From: Octopus vulgaris | Taxonomy: Eukaryota | Direction: 5' to 3' | DNA length: 64,000 nucleotides | Assembly: GCA_951406725.2 (NCBI GenBank) | Contig: OX597816.1 | Coordinates: forward strand, 150,102,001-150,166,000 | In this document: positions 26,292 through 38,650 of the stretch, piece by piece | Position numbering within the stretch: the stretch's first letter is position 1 | How the letters are laid out: every line of letters starts with the position of its first letter | Translations under genes and position numbers: made by a program | The notes under the pieces: model-generated | Databases searched by the model: none | Seen by the model: only the letters and a program-made list of their open reading frames with translations | Told to the model about the DNA's origin: nothing

Positions 26292-28484
26292 TTTATAGAT
26301 ATTGATTACAAGTCAATCCCAAATTCTGAGCAATGTTTTTAAAGCTGTTAGGCATATGATCAAGTATTTGATGTGTTGAGCTTATGATCATAAGGTCATA
26401 AGTTCTGTTCCTGAATGTTGTTTCCTAGAGCAAGGTACTTTATTTCTTATTATTCCAAACTATGTAGCTGAAAATGAGTATCAATTGGTGCAGCCTTCTC
26501 TTTCTCTTGGAAGTTCTGCTGGCTTAATAGTGGGAGGGCTAAGATGGTGTCTGTCTGTTTGTGACCATACAGGCACCTAAAACAATTAGCAAAAACAGGG
26601 TACATGTTAACAAGTCACACTTATGAGAGATGGTTATGCTTTATTGTTTGTTGTCATCAGAGTATAGTGTATGGAAGGGCATAAACATAACAAATCCCCA
26701 CTACACTTCACACATATATGTACACCTAATGTTTCTCTTGTATACAACAAAAAGATCATTCGATAGATTTGTTGATAAAATACTGGACACCTTGATCTAA
26801 GATTATCTGCTTCTAATTTACTCCAGCTGTTTCATTATACCCTACAAGATATGCAACTCTATTTGTGTAAAAGACTCGCATTTAGAAGTGGTTTAGTGCA
26901 AAATTGCTGGTGGGAGGTAAGAAAAGGGAAACATACTATCAACAACCACAAAAATGAAAAACAAGAAAAAATACAAATATCTAGTTACACTAAAAACTAA
27001 CACATGTTTTACTTAGTGATATTTACATTGCCAACAAGTGGAACAAACTAAAGAATGAAACGGTTAAATAGTTAAACGTTACTGCTTGCTGTTCTGAACT
27101 TACAACAACCAGTAAAACATTCTTGGACTTCTAACATCTGATATGAAAGCAAGTATGCAAAGACATTTCTTGGAGAAATAAATATATGAATAAATTATTG
27201 AAAAATACACAATAACAAGCAAACTGAAAAGCCTATATCTCTTTATTTTGTCTTTAATTAAGTATGTCTGCTTTATAACAATTAATAAATTAGCAATTCT
27301 TCTTCAATGTATACTACTGTACACATACATATAGAATAGCATATATTGGGGAAGAGTTATTAATTTATGGCCACAAGGCAACATATAAGTAATCCCTTAA
27401 AGATAATGTCAGTCAGCAATGAGGCAGCTTCTATGTCATCACCCAACCTGCTAGAAATAACAATCAAACCACCTTCAAATCATATTATACTATTTTGAAA
27501 GAGGACACAGTGGATAATATAGTTCTACTTATAACAAGTCTGATGAAAAAATGGTAACAGCTTGAATGTCTTTGATCATGAGTTTGGTGAAACAGAGATA
27601 AAGAACAACAAAAAGATCCTGAACATCCTCTTTACTCCTCAGGGCACTAACAAGGCAACATGATCAATATGAAAAGAATTAATAAGATGGCAAAAGACCA
27701 TGCAGGACAAAAAAAACAAACAAAACCAAAACTTTGTGATGGTGCTTGCAGCTGCAAGGTATGGATTTAGTGTTATTCAATCATATTGCAAAAACAATAC
27801 CCAAACTTATGGCAGAACAAAAAGTGGTGTTGCATGTTAAGCTGACTATGCCATGAAAAGTGGGCTCCTGAGAAGAAGACCTTAGAGAATCAATTTAGGG
27901 ACAATGAATTGTTGTATTGTGGATATGTAGACAGATCAATGATGCTTTTTATCATGTGACTGAAATTAAGAAAATAGCAGATAAGAAACTGTAGTGGAAA
28001 GTGAAATCATTCTCAGGGAATAAAAAATAAAATAGACTTTACACAGAGTGATTGCAATTACTTTTAGTATGATTACTTCATGACGCGTGGCAAAGACACA
28101 TAAAACTGCATGCTTTGATATAGGCTAAAAGACCCTAGAAATTCCTTGATATAATAGCTACTACATTGCTTGGGGGCAGGGGATGATACTGTGAGAAGGC
28201 GCAGAAATTGAGATCCCTTAGCATGGTTTCTATGGTGAGATGCCCTTCTAACTGCTAACTACTTTACAGAGTGAACTGTACACATTTTATCGTGGCACCA
28301 GCACTACGAGTAGAGAGGTTGCTGTGTCCCTAGTAAGACTATAGTTTCCTCTCTACCTTATATTGTCAGTTCATTCCTCAGCATAAAAAGGATGTGTTAT
28401 CCCAATAAAACTAAAGAGAGTCTCTGACTTGTCTGTTCATTTCTTCCTTCCCCACCCATTATATTACTGGGTGGGAAAAGAGCC

Positions 28485-28548
<64 letters not shown>

Positions 28549-29226
28549 CGAGAGAGAAGAGAGAGAAAAGAAGTTGTTGGTAAAAGTAAATTTTAAGAAA
28601 TATGAGCTAGAGAGATTTTACTGTAAATATAAAACAACTCCAACAAACTCAGAACATGCCAAAGCAACATGATGGAAGAGAGAAGGACTGGTAGAAGAGA
28701 CAGCAATGGATGGGTGTGATAGTGGTAAGTAAAGGATGCCTTAAGTGAAAGAGGAGGGAGTAATGTGAGAATGATGAGTAGCACTAAAGATAAGTATCAG
28801 AAAGTGAGAAATTGAAAGTAACAAAGGTGGTTGCTGGAAAATAAACTTTATAAAAACTATTTTTAAAGTTGTTTCTATAGATATTCTGTAGAAACTATAG
28901 CCAGCACTGATTTTTGCTACGTTTCATATCGAGATGTCAGATTTAAACAAGCAATAAGATCAGAGACAAAAAGTGGATAATGAGTGTATTTCAAGGATTG
29001 TTGCCCCTTCATCAGTGCCCTTCTAACTCATCTCTTTCTCCAAACACATTGAATATATAGCCACTGCATACAGCAGTGTTAAGTTATTAGGTATACCAAT
29101 TTACATATTAGATGCACTCCTGGAACTGGTATGTAAACATTAAAGGTTTGTATGTACATGGCACATTGTTATGCAAACACAATATACTATGAAGTATACT
29201 AAATGTTTCTATAAGTTAGTACCATG

Positions 29227-29634
29227 GGATCTTTTCGGTTTGAACGGCAGTTTTTTCTAGCGGTGTCATATGAAATTGTCACCCATAATTATGACCCTAG
29301 TATCGATCTATTGCATTTCAATCTGTTTTAGGATTAGGGTTAGAGGTGGGGGAAGGATATCTTTTTTTCTTCACAAATGTAAATAAACCCAATCTGTTTC
29401 TTAAACGAGGGACATATTCATATGGCACAGAATGTTTTTTACCTAAATAGATTCATTGATCGGTTGAAATTGAAGAAAAAAACCCAACAAATATCTTACA
29501 AACTATAGAATTTTCTCAATAAAGCCAAGAGAAAAAGATGTTTTATAAACACATTCTACCAGTATATGAAGTTTAAAAGTGTTTAGATACATGGAAATTA
29601 TTTTTAAAAACTGCCGTTCAAACTGAAAAGATCC
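29227..29634. mobile_element. MITE with GG-terminal 29-bp TIRs and 8-bp TSD (Merlin-like)
   Basis: TIRs ggatcttttcggtttgaacggcagttttt / aaaaactgccgttcaaactgaaaagatcc (1 mismatch). TSD gtaccatg at 29219-29226 and 29635-29642. Confidence 0.9.
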
Positions 29635-29701
29635 GTACCATGTCCTACTGCATCAGCAGAGCTTGTTACATTATCTTTAAGGTTGTTTCTACAGATATTC
29701 T

Positions 29702-30045
29702 GGAAAGACTCCCCCCCCCCCCCACAATTTTCTCCCAAATTTGTTTATTTAAAAATTCTTCAATTTTGACTTTTTCCCCAACACTAACCCTAACTACTGA
29801 AATGTTTTAAAATTTTTGTCCGAATCATAATGTTCGTATTTTTCTATATATTTAGAAAAAAAAAATTTCTGTAAAAGTAAAAGATGAAGGAAATGGGGGT
29901 GGGTAGTAATTTAAAAATGCCGATTTTTGCCAATTTTTTGGCAGATTTGTATTCCCCGTAGCCGAAAGGGAGGATTTGTGTCAAAAGAAAAAAAAAAATT
30001 TTTAAGGGTGGTTTTTGGGGCGTGGTGACAGGCGGAAGTCTTGCC
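29702..30045. mobile_element. MITE with GG-terminal short TIRs and 8-bp TSD (Merlin-like)
   Basis: Ends ggaaagactcccccc / ggcggaagtcttgcc. TSD gatattct / aatattct. Removing it restores the host repeat seen at 28875-28900. Confidence 0.78.
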
Positions 30046-30148
30046 AATATTCTATAGAAACTATAGCCAGCACTGATTTTTGCTATAACGTTTCGTATCG
30101 AGATGGCAGGTGTAAACAAGCAATGAGATCAGAGACAAAAGTGGGTTA

Positions 30149-30202
30149 GATGGGTGCTGATGAAGGAGCAACAACCTCTGAAATATGGCATATACACTCA
30201 TT
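30149..30202 (+). ncRNA. Type I minimal hammerhead ribozyme motif
   Basis: gatgggtg-CTGATGA-aggagcaacaacctct-GAAA-tatggcata-TA-cactcatt. Stem I is 8 bp, stem III ATATG/CATAT is near-palindromic, and cleavage is predicted after 30194. Confidence 0.75.
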
Positions 30203-30444
30203 ACCTATTTTTGTTTCCGATCTCATTGCTTGTTTACATCTGATGTCTGGATACAAAACATGGTAACAAAAGTCAGTGCAGGCTATAGTTTCTATCGAAT
30301 ATGTGTAGAAACAACCTTAAAAATAATGTAACAAGCACTGCTGACGCAGTAGGACGTAGTACTAACTTATAAAAACATTTACTATACTTCATAGTACATT
30401 GTGTTTGCATAATGAAGTGCCACATACCTACAAACCTTCAATAA

Positions 30445-30765
30445 AAACGGTCACTCCAGTTATGACATTGAATGCTCCAGTGATCCAATCAACATAACAA
30501 CCAGCTTGTGAAATTAATGTGTAAGTGGCTGAGCACTCCACAGATATGGCTAACTTTAACATAGTTCTCAGAAGGATTCTACAAGACAAAATGTGACAAG
30601 GCTAGGCTTTTGAAATATAAGTACTATGCAATTTTGCCAGCTAAGTGGACTGAAGCAACATGAAATAAATTGTCTTGCTGAAGGATACAACATACTGCTG
30701 GGTACTGAAATCATGACCTTACAATTGTGAACCAAATACCCCAACCACTAAGCCATGTGCCTTCC
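30445..30765 (-). mobile_element. tRNA-derived SINE (second family), decayed
   Basis: Minus head aggcacatggcttagtggttggg...catgatttcagtaccc with A-box and B-box-like motifs. Confidence 0.6.
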
Positions 30766-33672
30766 CATAATAAGACTTGATAATGAGTGGGAGAACCCCA
30801 ATTGTTTTAAATATGCATACACACGTGGATGTGTGATTATGTATAGTTAATAAATATGCAATTTATAAGATGCTAAAATGTGCTGAGCAAACTATCTCTA
30901 GAGTATTTTTTGACTTATGAGAAAGCTAGTATTAAATGTCAAATTAATCAGATCTCAAAATAGTGAAATATAATTTTATTCCCTATTTTTTCTTTTACCT
31001 TATATGACTCTATTCCAACTATCAAAAATTACTAACATGCAATCCCTTTGGTAATTTTACTGACTTGCTTTTTGTTTATACCTTTCTAAATAAAATGAGG
31101 GAACATAATGACTAATATTTGGCCCTGCAAAAGATCTGACGTTGTTGGACACTATTGCTGTTTCACTGAATAACATACACCAACGTATCTTGAACTACAT
31201 CATAATTGTAGCTTATAATGTGAAACATGCTTCAACCTTTGTAGCTGTGCATGCCTACTGTCAACACAAATATACATCTATTTTGTTGTGGGTGATTAAG
31301 CCTGGTAAACATTAGCACATTACAAGATGTCATACTGTGGCAGCTGGAATCCATGTCTCTATAATAAGCAATATAGCCAACATCTTGACTATTCTGTAAA
31401 AGCCAAACTAACATTTATCCTATATACTTACTACTATTTGTAAATAAATAAAATTTCGAAAAAAAACCAAAAAGAAAACTAAATAAAGAAAACAAGAAAA
31501 GGGTGTGTAAAATGTAAGATCCAGTGAACATTTGATCTAGCTTTGATTCCTGGTTGTAGCATTTGATATCTGAGGAAAATCAGAAATAGCACTAAACATA
31601 TTTCTAATACCTCATGAAGTTAGTAGGGCTGGTAATCCATTCATTGATTGACACAATCATGAATGTTCACACAAGTGATTATTTACAGTATAAGTAAACA
31701 GGATAAATATTTATCCTTATTTTGAAACTAAAAATGCTATCATATAATATATCAATATGATCTTACCTAACAATTCACCCCAGTATGTTATTTCAAATAT
31801 ATGTTTCATTTCCTCATAATATTTTCTTCAATTGCTTTAAACTAGAATACACTCTCATTAGTCAGTTATACAATGCTTATTTTGTAGGTAGTGGGAAAGT
31901 TTTAACTTCCTATTGTCTTATATTTACATCTAAGTTCAGTGGGCTATGGAGTTTCAAGTGACTTTGCCAGAAACTCAATATATAGTCTGTAATTAGATAC
32001 AAATAGTCAACCCTTTAGCCATCTGGTTGGCATGTTATTGATTCAAGTAGTTATGACTATCTGAAATCATATTTCTTTTTTTCTTCTTTTTTTTAAAAGC
32101 ATATCATATTCAAATATAGCTTACTGTGGCTATGTCAGGGAAGAGTATAAAGGTGAGATATGTAGCATATACTGAAGTATTTTACTGTTACCTCCCCACC
32201 CCCATATGAAAGCAGCTATGATTTTCAAGAAGGGATACTAATTGTGACAAATAGTTATTGATTATTTTTTCATATTAAGCACTTTTATGAACAATAGCTT
32301 CATTAGTTATAGGCTTTCAACAGCTAGTACTGGTTCACTGCATTTCTAATGGCAAGAATGATGAGGATATCTCATGTAAAATAAATAGCACAATGTTTAT
32401 ATTTTACTTTGAACATAACTGCTTATTGTTTTTCATGTTGTTTACATCTTTCACTCATATACAACAACACAAGATATAAACATATTCATACGCATAAATA
32501 AATGGTGGGCCTCCCTATAGATTCTGTCCAACAAATTTCATTCATAAACCATTGGTCAACCCAAGTATGTTACTGAAGTCACTTGCCCAAAGAAGTATAC
32601 AGAAAAATTGAATCCAGAACCATATGGATGTGAAGTGAACTTCTAAACAATAATTGACAATTAGATTGACAATTAGATCACTGTCTCAGTTCCCAGGAAC
32701 TTACCTTCAACTAAATTACAGTAATTTTTAAAATGAATAAACAATAACAACAGCAACAACAGTCTTAACTATCATCCATTAGGTATTGCTTAGTGCATAT
32801 TAACACATACCACTATACCATGGTATATTCCTGATGGACATTGAATGACATAAAATATGCGATAGAGACTAGTGAATATGATGTATACTGGGATTTATGA
32901 AAATTTAATTCTTCTGCAACATGCTAGATCATGTACACCTGATGACCAGTGCATTAAGTACATCCAGATTCCACAAAATTGATCATTAAATGTATAAGTT
33001 AATAGCTATTAACTCCATTAGTTGGATAATTGTTATATAGGGTTACTACAATCACTGCATTGGTAATTCTATCAAGATAATATACATACATATATTTATA
33101 AAGAGACACAGAAATTCACATAATTTTTACATATATAACTTTTTGCTCACTAATATGCATTCACACACACACACCACCACCACCACCGCCACCATCATAG
33201 ATCCACTTTTCATATTAGAATGGGCTGGGTAGTTGTCATGGCGCAAATAAGAAGAACAAAGTTTGGTTTCTACTGTGGGATGCCTTTCTTAATGAACCAC
33301 CAACACTAAAGGAGCTATCATGTTTTTGACAAGATTAACAGGTCCTCTTGGTCCTTCATTGTCTTTGCTTATTTATCAACCACTTGACAGAATGTATTAA
33401 GTGCATTTTATCATGGCTCTGGTATGTTACAAAGAGGCAGAGCTACGAGTAATGAAAAAGAAACACTAATGGCAACTACATGCTTGCTGTTAAAAGAGAG
33501 TAATGGATATCAATGAGTAACCTGGAGGAGAAACAGAAATGGTTAGCAGTATAGAGAGTGACACATAATGTGTGTGTGTGTGTGTGTGTGTATAAATATA
33601 CATGTGCATGAGTTGTCAAAGAGACCATAAGTCAGAGGAAAGATGCACTCATATATTTGTCAGCAGAGTGGG

Positions 33673-34360
33673 TATATTATCTGAAATGTATAGTATTAAA
33701 TATCCATCATGGCTGGTCTTACCAACTGGTTTCCCATAAAGAATACAATGGGAGTGTTAGGTAACAAACTGATTATATAACTTTACGCTCATCAGAGTTA
33801 GCCAATATGGAAGGGAATATGTGGATTAGCACAACTGGTCAGTGGTTGCTGTGAAAAATGATTCAGGGGATTAGTTTAGGAGTTAATGTCCCTTGGTTGG
33901 GTATGCTGTGAAGCTGGCAAGAGTTATGTTGAAGTGGGGAAAGTGTGTATTATTAATGTTGTGCTCCTGTGGGGATGGGGTGTATGGTATGTGTAGTGGT
34001 GTATACCACACACGTCATCCCCACAAGAGCACCACATTAATAATACACACTTTCCCCACTCCAACATAACTCTTGCTGGCTTCACACCATACCCAACCAA
34101 GGGACATAACTCCTAAACTAATCCACTGGCTTGTTTTGCATTCCACCACCTTTTCCACAGTAACTGCTGACCAGTTGTGCTAATCCACTTCTGACAATAG
34201 AGAGCAGTCACCATATTTCCTTCCATATCGGCTAACTTTGATGAGTGTAAAGTTACATAATCAGTTTGCTACCTAACACTCCATTGTATTAATTTACGCA
34301 AAACCAATTGGTAAGACCAGCCGTGATGGATATTTAATACTATACATTTTGGATAATATA
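33673..34360. repeat. Long imperfect inverted repeat (foldback), ~320-bp arms, ~12-nt loop
   Basis: 33673-33990 is the reverse complement of 34003-34360 apart from two ~20-bp indels and scattered substitutions. Confidence 0.92.
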
Positions 34361-34599
34361 TATAAAGTAACACAAAAATGGCATCTAAATTAGTGATGGC
34401 TGTTTCAGTAGAACTTTATTTAATTCAGCCATAAAAGATTACTTAACATTATACCATACCACCATCTTAACACATAATTTAGATGGTCAAAGTTCAACTG
34501 TTGTTGTTTTCAAGTTGTACATTCCACTTTATAGAAGAGAAAGTAGGTGTGGTCTAAAATAGGCAATTAACAAACAAATTGAAATCAAAAATGAAAATT

Positions 34600-35030
34600 G
34601 TAGTTGTGACTGATGCCAGTGCTGCCTGATTGGCTCCCGTGCTGCTGGCACGCAATAAGCACCATTCATGCGTGGGTCATTGCCAGTGCTGCCTAACTGG
34701 CTTCCTGTGATGGTAGTGTGTAAAAAGTACCATCCGAACGTGGTTGATGCCAGCCCCCTAGCCCTGACTGGCTCCTGTGCCATTAGCAAGTAAAAAGCAC
34801 CATCGAAATGTGAATGATGCCAGTGCCGCCTGACTTGTTCCCATGCTGGTGGCTCGTAAAAAGCAGCCACTGCACTTTTGGAGTGGTTGGCATTAGGAAG
34901 GGCATCCAGCTGTAGAAACATTGCCAGATCAGATTAGAGCCTGGTGCAACTTCTTGGCTTGCCAGTCCCCAGTCAAACCGTCCAGCCCATGCCAGCCTGG
35001 AAAATGGACGTTAAACGATGATGATGATGA
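34600..35030 (+). mobile_element. RTE 3' UTR / tail-derived repeat with ~62-bp tandem units
   Basis: Units tgccagtgctgcctgactggctcccgtg...taaaaagcacc, then the shared tail and (gat)n. Confidence 0.78.
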
Positions 35031-35623
35031 AAATCAAGGCAAGATACGATAAAACAAATCTAATTTATGGTCCAATGTAGCAACATCAAAATTAATCTGA
35101 AGTTGCTATAGACAAGCACAAGTGAATTTACCCACCCACAAAATACCTTAACAGTCATTCACTCTCACCTTTCAATAACCCCCCCCCCCCCCCGTACAAT
35201 ATTTATGTATGTGTATGTATATATACATACACACACACACACGTGTGTGTGCCCTCACGCACACTCTAACACCTTGTTGATACTTTCATCTAAAACAAAT
35301 AAATTGACATTGAAGAAAAGGTGTGATGTCTGACAAATCTGAATGTTCCAAAATGAGAAAATAAGGCAAGATGGCTTTTTAGATTCTGTACAAAATGATA
35401 GTTTATTTAATGTTTCTTATAGGTGTTTTATCAGTTGCTGATACTGGAATCTGGAAATATGAGTAAACATGAAAATTTCCCCTTCCCTAAAACAGATTCT
35501 TTTTAATGAAGCCTATATTAAAATGCTTCACTTAGTGTCTACCATGAACCTCATTAAACAGTCACTGATATACACTATATGTATTCGTGTGTGTGTGCAT
35601 TTGTGTTTGTGTGTAAGAGAGAA

Positions 35624-35671
<48 letters not shown>

Positions 35672-36744
35672 TACACTATGTACATGCCCATATCACATTT
35701 ATATAATGAAATCTTGCGTAAGTGCATCTCTGTCAACAGAGTTAAAATTTCTCCCAAAATGTGTGGATTTATTAAGGATATTTTTGTCAATACTATAACA
35801 CAGTGTTATGGCAAATATAGCAGAACACCAAACTAGACTCTTTACATTAAATGGTTTCAAATTCTAAAGGAGTTGGTTCATAAAACAAATACCAGACATG
35901 CACTCAGGAGGAATTACAACCGTGTTTCGTGGTCTGCTACCACAACAGCTCCTTTATAGGATCCAGTTAGCTCAAGACATTGATTCAATTGACCAAGGTT
36001 CATGCTTTTAAATTTACAACATTGTGAGAATGAGAGAAATGAACATTTTTCTTCATGTTTAATTTCTTTGTATTCTAAGCTCAATTAGTATAAATAGTAC
36101 TAGGATGAACTTTGCCTTCTTTGGTCCAGCAATAATTGGAATTGATTCAGTCTATTTTACTTCATCTTTAACTTACTTAGATAAAATTAATGTGCTAATT
36201 ATTTTTGATAAGTTTTGATATTAATATTTATGCTAATATTATATGATGGATGCAGCTAAGTCAGAGGAATGCTAAAATGGATATACTTCAAAGGATATTT
36301 AAATTTGATACATTATTGGTAATGGTTTTGTTCAGAACAAAAGATAATTTTGTTTTCCATCCCTTCAGGGTTTATGAAATAAATACCAGTAAAATACTGA
36401 GTCAGTTCAATCAATCAAAACTCTCTTCATATTAGGTTTGCCAAAAATAGTACCCCTTGAATAACAACCACAACAAAGATAAAAAAAGAAGGCATCCGAG
36501 GGGCAATGTATACTCCGTGCACAGATAAATTTTTTCGTAGATTATAGTGTGGCTTACAATGCATTGCCTACCCGTGCTTTTTAATTGAACTGAATTAAGC
36601 TTTGTAAGTGTTTGACTAAACTTGCTTATTGGAAAATTTGTAAGTTCAATTTAAAAAAAAATTCTTTTTACCATTATAAGTATTTATACTCTGGTGAAAT
36701 GCTTCTGTGCGCAGGGTAATAATAAAAATAATAATAAAAATACA

Positions 36745-38650
36745 CAAAAGGCCTGAAATTTTGGAGGAGGGTGCTAGTCAATTATATTGACCCTAGTGCT
36801 TAACTGGTACATATTCTTTCAACCCCAGAAGGATAAATGGCAAAGAAGACCCCAGTGGAATTTGAACGCAGAACATGAAGTTGGAAGAACTTTACTTTTA
36901 AGCATTTCATAGTGTGTCAATGATTCATTGTCTTTCTAACTTCAACACAAGGTTACCAACTTGAGAGGAAAGGGGAAGTCAATTACATTGACCTTAGTCC
37001 TTGACTGGTACTTAATCTTATTGACCCTGCAAGGGCAAAAGGCAAAATTGACTTTGGCAGGATTTAAGTTCAGAATGTAAAAGAACCAGAAGAAATGCAG
37101 CTAAGCATTTTGTTCAATACACTAATGATAATAATTGTTTTTGACTCTGGCACAAGGCCAGCAAATTTGATAGGAAGGTGTTAGTAGATACCATCAACCT
37201 CAGTACCTAGACCGATACTTTCTTTTTTAATCCTAAAAGAATGAAAGGCAAAGTAGACCTCAATGGGATTTGAACTCAGAAGGTAAAGAGTCACAGCAAA
37301 TGCTAGAGCATTTATTCTGATGCTCTAAGAATTCTGCCAGTTCACTGCCTTAATAACAATGATGATCGTAATTTCTTTTATTGGTTGCTAGGGCTTAAGA
37401 CACTGGAACAGTACAAAAAAGAAATACAAAACAATGGGGTTTGTACCATGTAAAAAAGGTGATACCAACAAAAACAATAACGAAAAGGTCTCAAAGAGGG
37501 TGGAATATTGATCCCAGAGATGAAGCATGAAGCTGACCAGATGGGTTGGGAAGAGCCAAAACAAATTCTATTCTAGTGATTCTGAGAATCCTTTCTTTAT
37601 TATTGCAGTAAGAGAAACGTATAAGATGACATTATAACGCCAAATTACAAAGATAGGATTTTTACAGAAAAAGACGATCCGAAAACAGCTGTGTAAACAA
37701 CAAAAACATAAAACAAGAAATGAAAAAAATACATTCCAATAAAAGACAACTACCTGAGCCTAATTGAAGAACCCCCACAGGTCCAGGATTACTCTTACTG
37801 TTGAATGGGGTGGGGTATTTTTTTTTTTTGGCATTGGCACAAGTTCATCCATTTGTCGGGCATGAGTATAACTGATACATTACTGGTCCTTGTTTTATCA
37901 ACCCTTGAAAAATAAAAGAGCATACTGATTCTGGTAGAAACTGAACACAGATTGTAAAAGGATGTTTTAAAATATCACAAGTCATTTCCTCCACTACCAT
38001 TTCTGTCATTCTATTACTATTATAACAATGATTTTCTAACATACGTATAAGGCTATCAGTCTAGGTGTCGGGTCTAGTCAATTACATTGAATCTAGTTTA
38101 TTACTAATACTTACTTTATCGACACTGGAAGGCTGAAAGACTAATAATAATGGCTTCTGATTTAGGTACAGATACGGAAATTTTAACACGAGAGCATTAG
38201 TCAATTAACTTGACTGGTACTTTATTATATTGACTTTGTAAGGATGAAAGACACAGTAGCCTCGGTGGAATTTAAATTCAGAATGTGAAGAGCCAGAAGA
38301 AATGCTGGAAAGCATTGTCTGACACACTAATGATTCTGCCAGCTCATTGCCTTAACAACAACAGCAGCAGCAATAGCAACAACAACAACAATGGCATCAC
38401 ATTTTGATACAAGGCCAGCGTTTTCGGGGGGATGGGGTAAGTCAATTACATCAACTCCATTGATCAATTGGTACTTATTTTACTGACTCCAAAAGGATGA
38501 CCGGCAAACTCAACCATGGCAGAATAATAATAATTTGGAAGAAGGCACAGTACATGGAATCAACCTCAATATTTGACTGATTCTTATTTTATTGATTGCA
38601 AATGGATAAATATGTGAAATCAACTCCAGGCGAATTTGAACTCAGAATAA
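36745..38650 (-). mobile_element. Cluster of ~7 head-to-tail partial copies of a tRNA-derived SINE
   Basis: Recurrent agtcaattacattgacc...actggtactt...aaggatgaaaggcaaagtagacc...atttgaactcagaa near 36750, 36950, 37150, 38050, 38160, 38405 and 38535. Confidence 0.75.

Larger units (their letters stand above)
28865..30440. repeat. Foldback repeat complex (three copies of one unit) carrying hammerhead motifs; Penelope/retrozyme-like
   Basis: 29141-30148 (after removing two MITEs) is the reverse complement of 30200-30440. 28865-29030 is a further inverted partial copy of 30145-30320. Confidence 0.8.
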
